Source: a bacterium (GTDB lineage: Bacteria; Patescibacteriota; Patescibacteriia; Patescibacteriales; GWE2-39-37). Taken from it: a DNA stretch of 57,861 nt. Below the pieces are notes generated by a model, which was given only the letters and a program-made list of their open reading frames with translations, made no database searches and was not told where the DNA came from. The stretch is taken from contig JBAWWA010000008.1 of assembly GCA_037146995.1 (NCBI GenBank), forward strand, positions 1-57,861, in the 5' to 3' direction. Shown one piece after another: positions 57,440 to 57,861 of the stretch. Within the stretch, counting starts at the first letter, position 1. Each line of letters begins with the position of its first letter. A program made the translations under genes and the position numbers.

Positions 57440-57834
57440 TGAATATTTTTAGTTGTTAGTTCGTTGTAGAGTTTTTCTAAATATTCCATTGGCAATTCAC
57501 CTTGAGGCAGGGCATAGCCATTCATCACAAAGGCTGGCGTCCCGCCAAAACCTAAACTCTCGGCCGTTTTGGCGTCTATTTTTATCTGTTTGAGATATTT
57601 TTGTGATTCCATGCAGGTGGCAAATTTCAGCGTATCGGCCCCTAACTTTTTGCTAGCAAGCATTATCTCTTCCTGAGTTTTTAGACCTTGATTTTCAAAA
57701 AAATAATTGTGTGTTTCCCAGAATAGGCCTTGTTCACCCATACAACGACCAGCCATGGCTAGGTCTAGCGATTCGTCGGAGATAATGGGGTAATCACGAT
57801 AGATGTATTTGACGTCCTTGAAATGACGCAATAA
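57436..57834 (-). CDS. DsbA-like thiol:disulfide oxidoreductase (thioredoxin-fold), N-terminus (including the expected CxxC) missing at the contig edge
   Basis: YRDYPIISDESLDLAMAGRCMGEQGLFWETHNYFFENQ and GFGGTPAFVMNG are typical of DsbA/BdbD-type proteins. The frame stays open up to the palindrome centre. The stop overlaps the next gene's ATG (ATGA). Confidence 0.75.
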   Translation of the reverse strand, partial: LLRHFKDVKYIYRDYPIISDESLDLAMAGRCMGEQGLFWETHNYFFENQGLKTQEEIMLASKKLGADTLKFATCMESQKYLKQIKIDAKTAESLGFGGTPAFVMNGYALPQGELPMEYLEKLYNELTTKNIQ

Positions 57835-57861
57835 TTATTGCGTCATTTCAAGGACGTCAAA
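57808..57861. repeat. Perfect 27+27-nt inverted repeat (foldback) forming the right contig end
   Basis: tttgacgtccttgaaatgacgcaataa | ttattgcgtcatttcaaggacgtcaaa are exact reverse complements with no loop, and the window ends at the arm end. Confidence 0.95.

Noticed and set aside
1-57861. Possibility of an alternative genetic code (UGA recoded, as in some CPR lineages)
   Set aside because: Housekeeping genes are full length under the standard code, and I saw no truncated or split conserved gene that would point to TGA being read through.

Overview
The window reads as a near-complete small contig. Both edges look like assembly breaks: a 51-bp tandem repeat at the left end and a perfect 54-nt foldback palindrome at the right end. 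The sequence is moderately AT-rich and uses the standard code. TGA is used as a stop and long ORFs stay open. Gene content and protein architectures suggest a Patescibacteria/CPR-like bacterium; this is inference only. The supporting architectures are an O-antigen-ligase+TPR fusion, thrombospondin-type-3-like DxDxDG repeats, duplicated 'WYINPKD..YYLG' C-terminal modules and VirB2-like two-helix proteins. Most of the window is tightly packed housekeeping, mainly on the + strand. It holds five aminoacyl-tRNA synthetases (valS, tyrS, argS, glyQS, ileS), one tRNA-Val(GAC), rpoB-rpoC, uvrC/uvrB, ruvA, femX-murE, lemA-TPM, nagB, an M18 aminopeptidase and a U32 peptidase. Accessory-looking parts are as follows. 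(i) Cysteine-rich and Ca-binding-repeat surface proteins at 1-1515. (ii) Two unassigned genes next to tRNA-Val, which is followed by two decayed copies of its own 3' end. (iii) A glycan cluster at 10.3-18.3 kb: GH130-like, GT4 fused to a second domain, methyltransferase-fold, GDE-like hydrolase, and a GT4 + PIG-L deacetylase pair. (iv) A large BNR/FN3 surface protein plus a small FN3 protein. (v) A translationally coupled minus-strand operon at the right edge, which I consider the most interesting locus. It encodes a DsbA-like oxidoreductase and two paralogous cysteine-rich proteins built around a VirB2/TrbC-like hairpin, one of them ending in a lysozyme-like module. A compact T-box leader with a Gly (GGC) specifier and a UGGA bulge precedes glyQS. 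No CRISPR array, rRNA, transposase, integrase or recognisable defence system was seen. All family assignments come from motif recognition by eye and need profile or structure searches to confirm.
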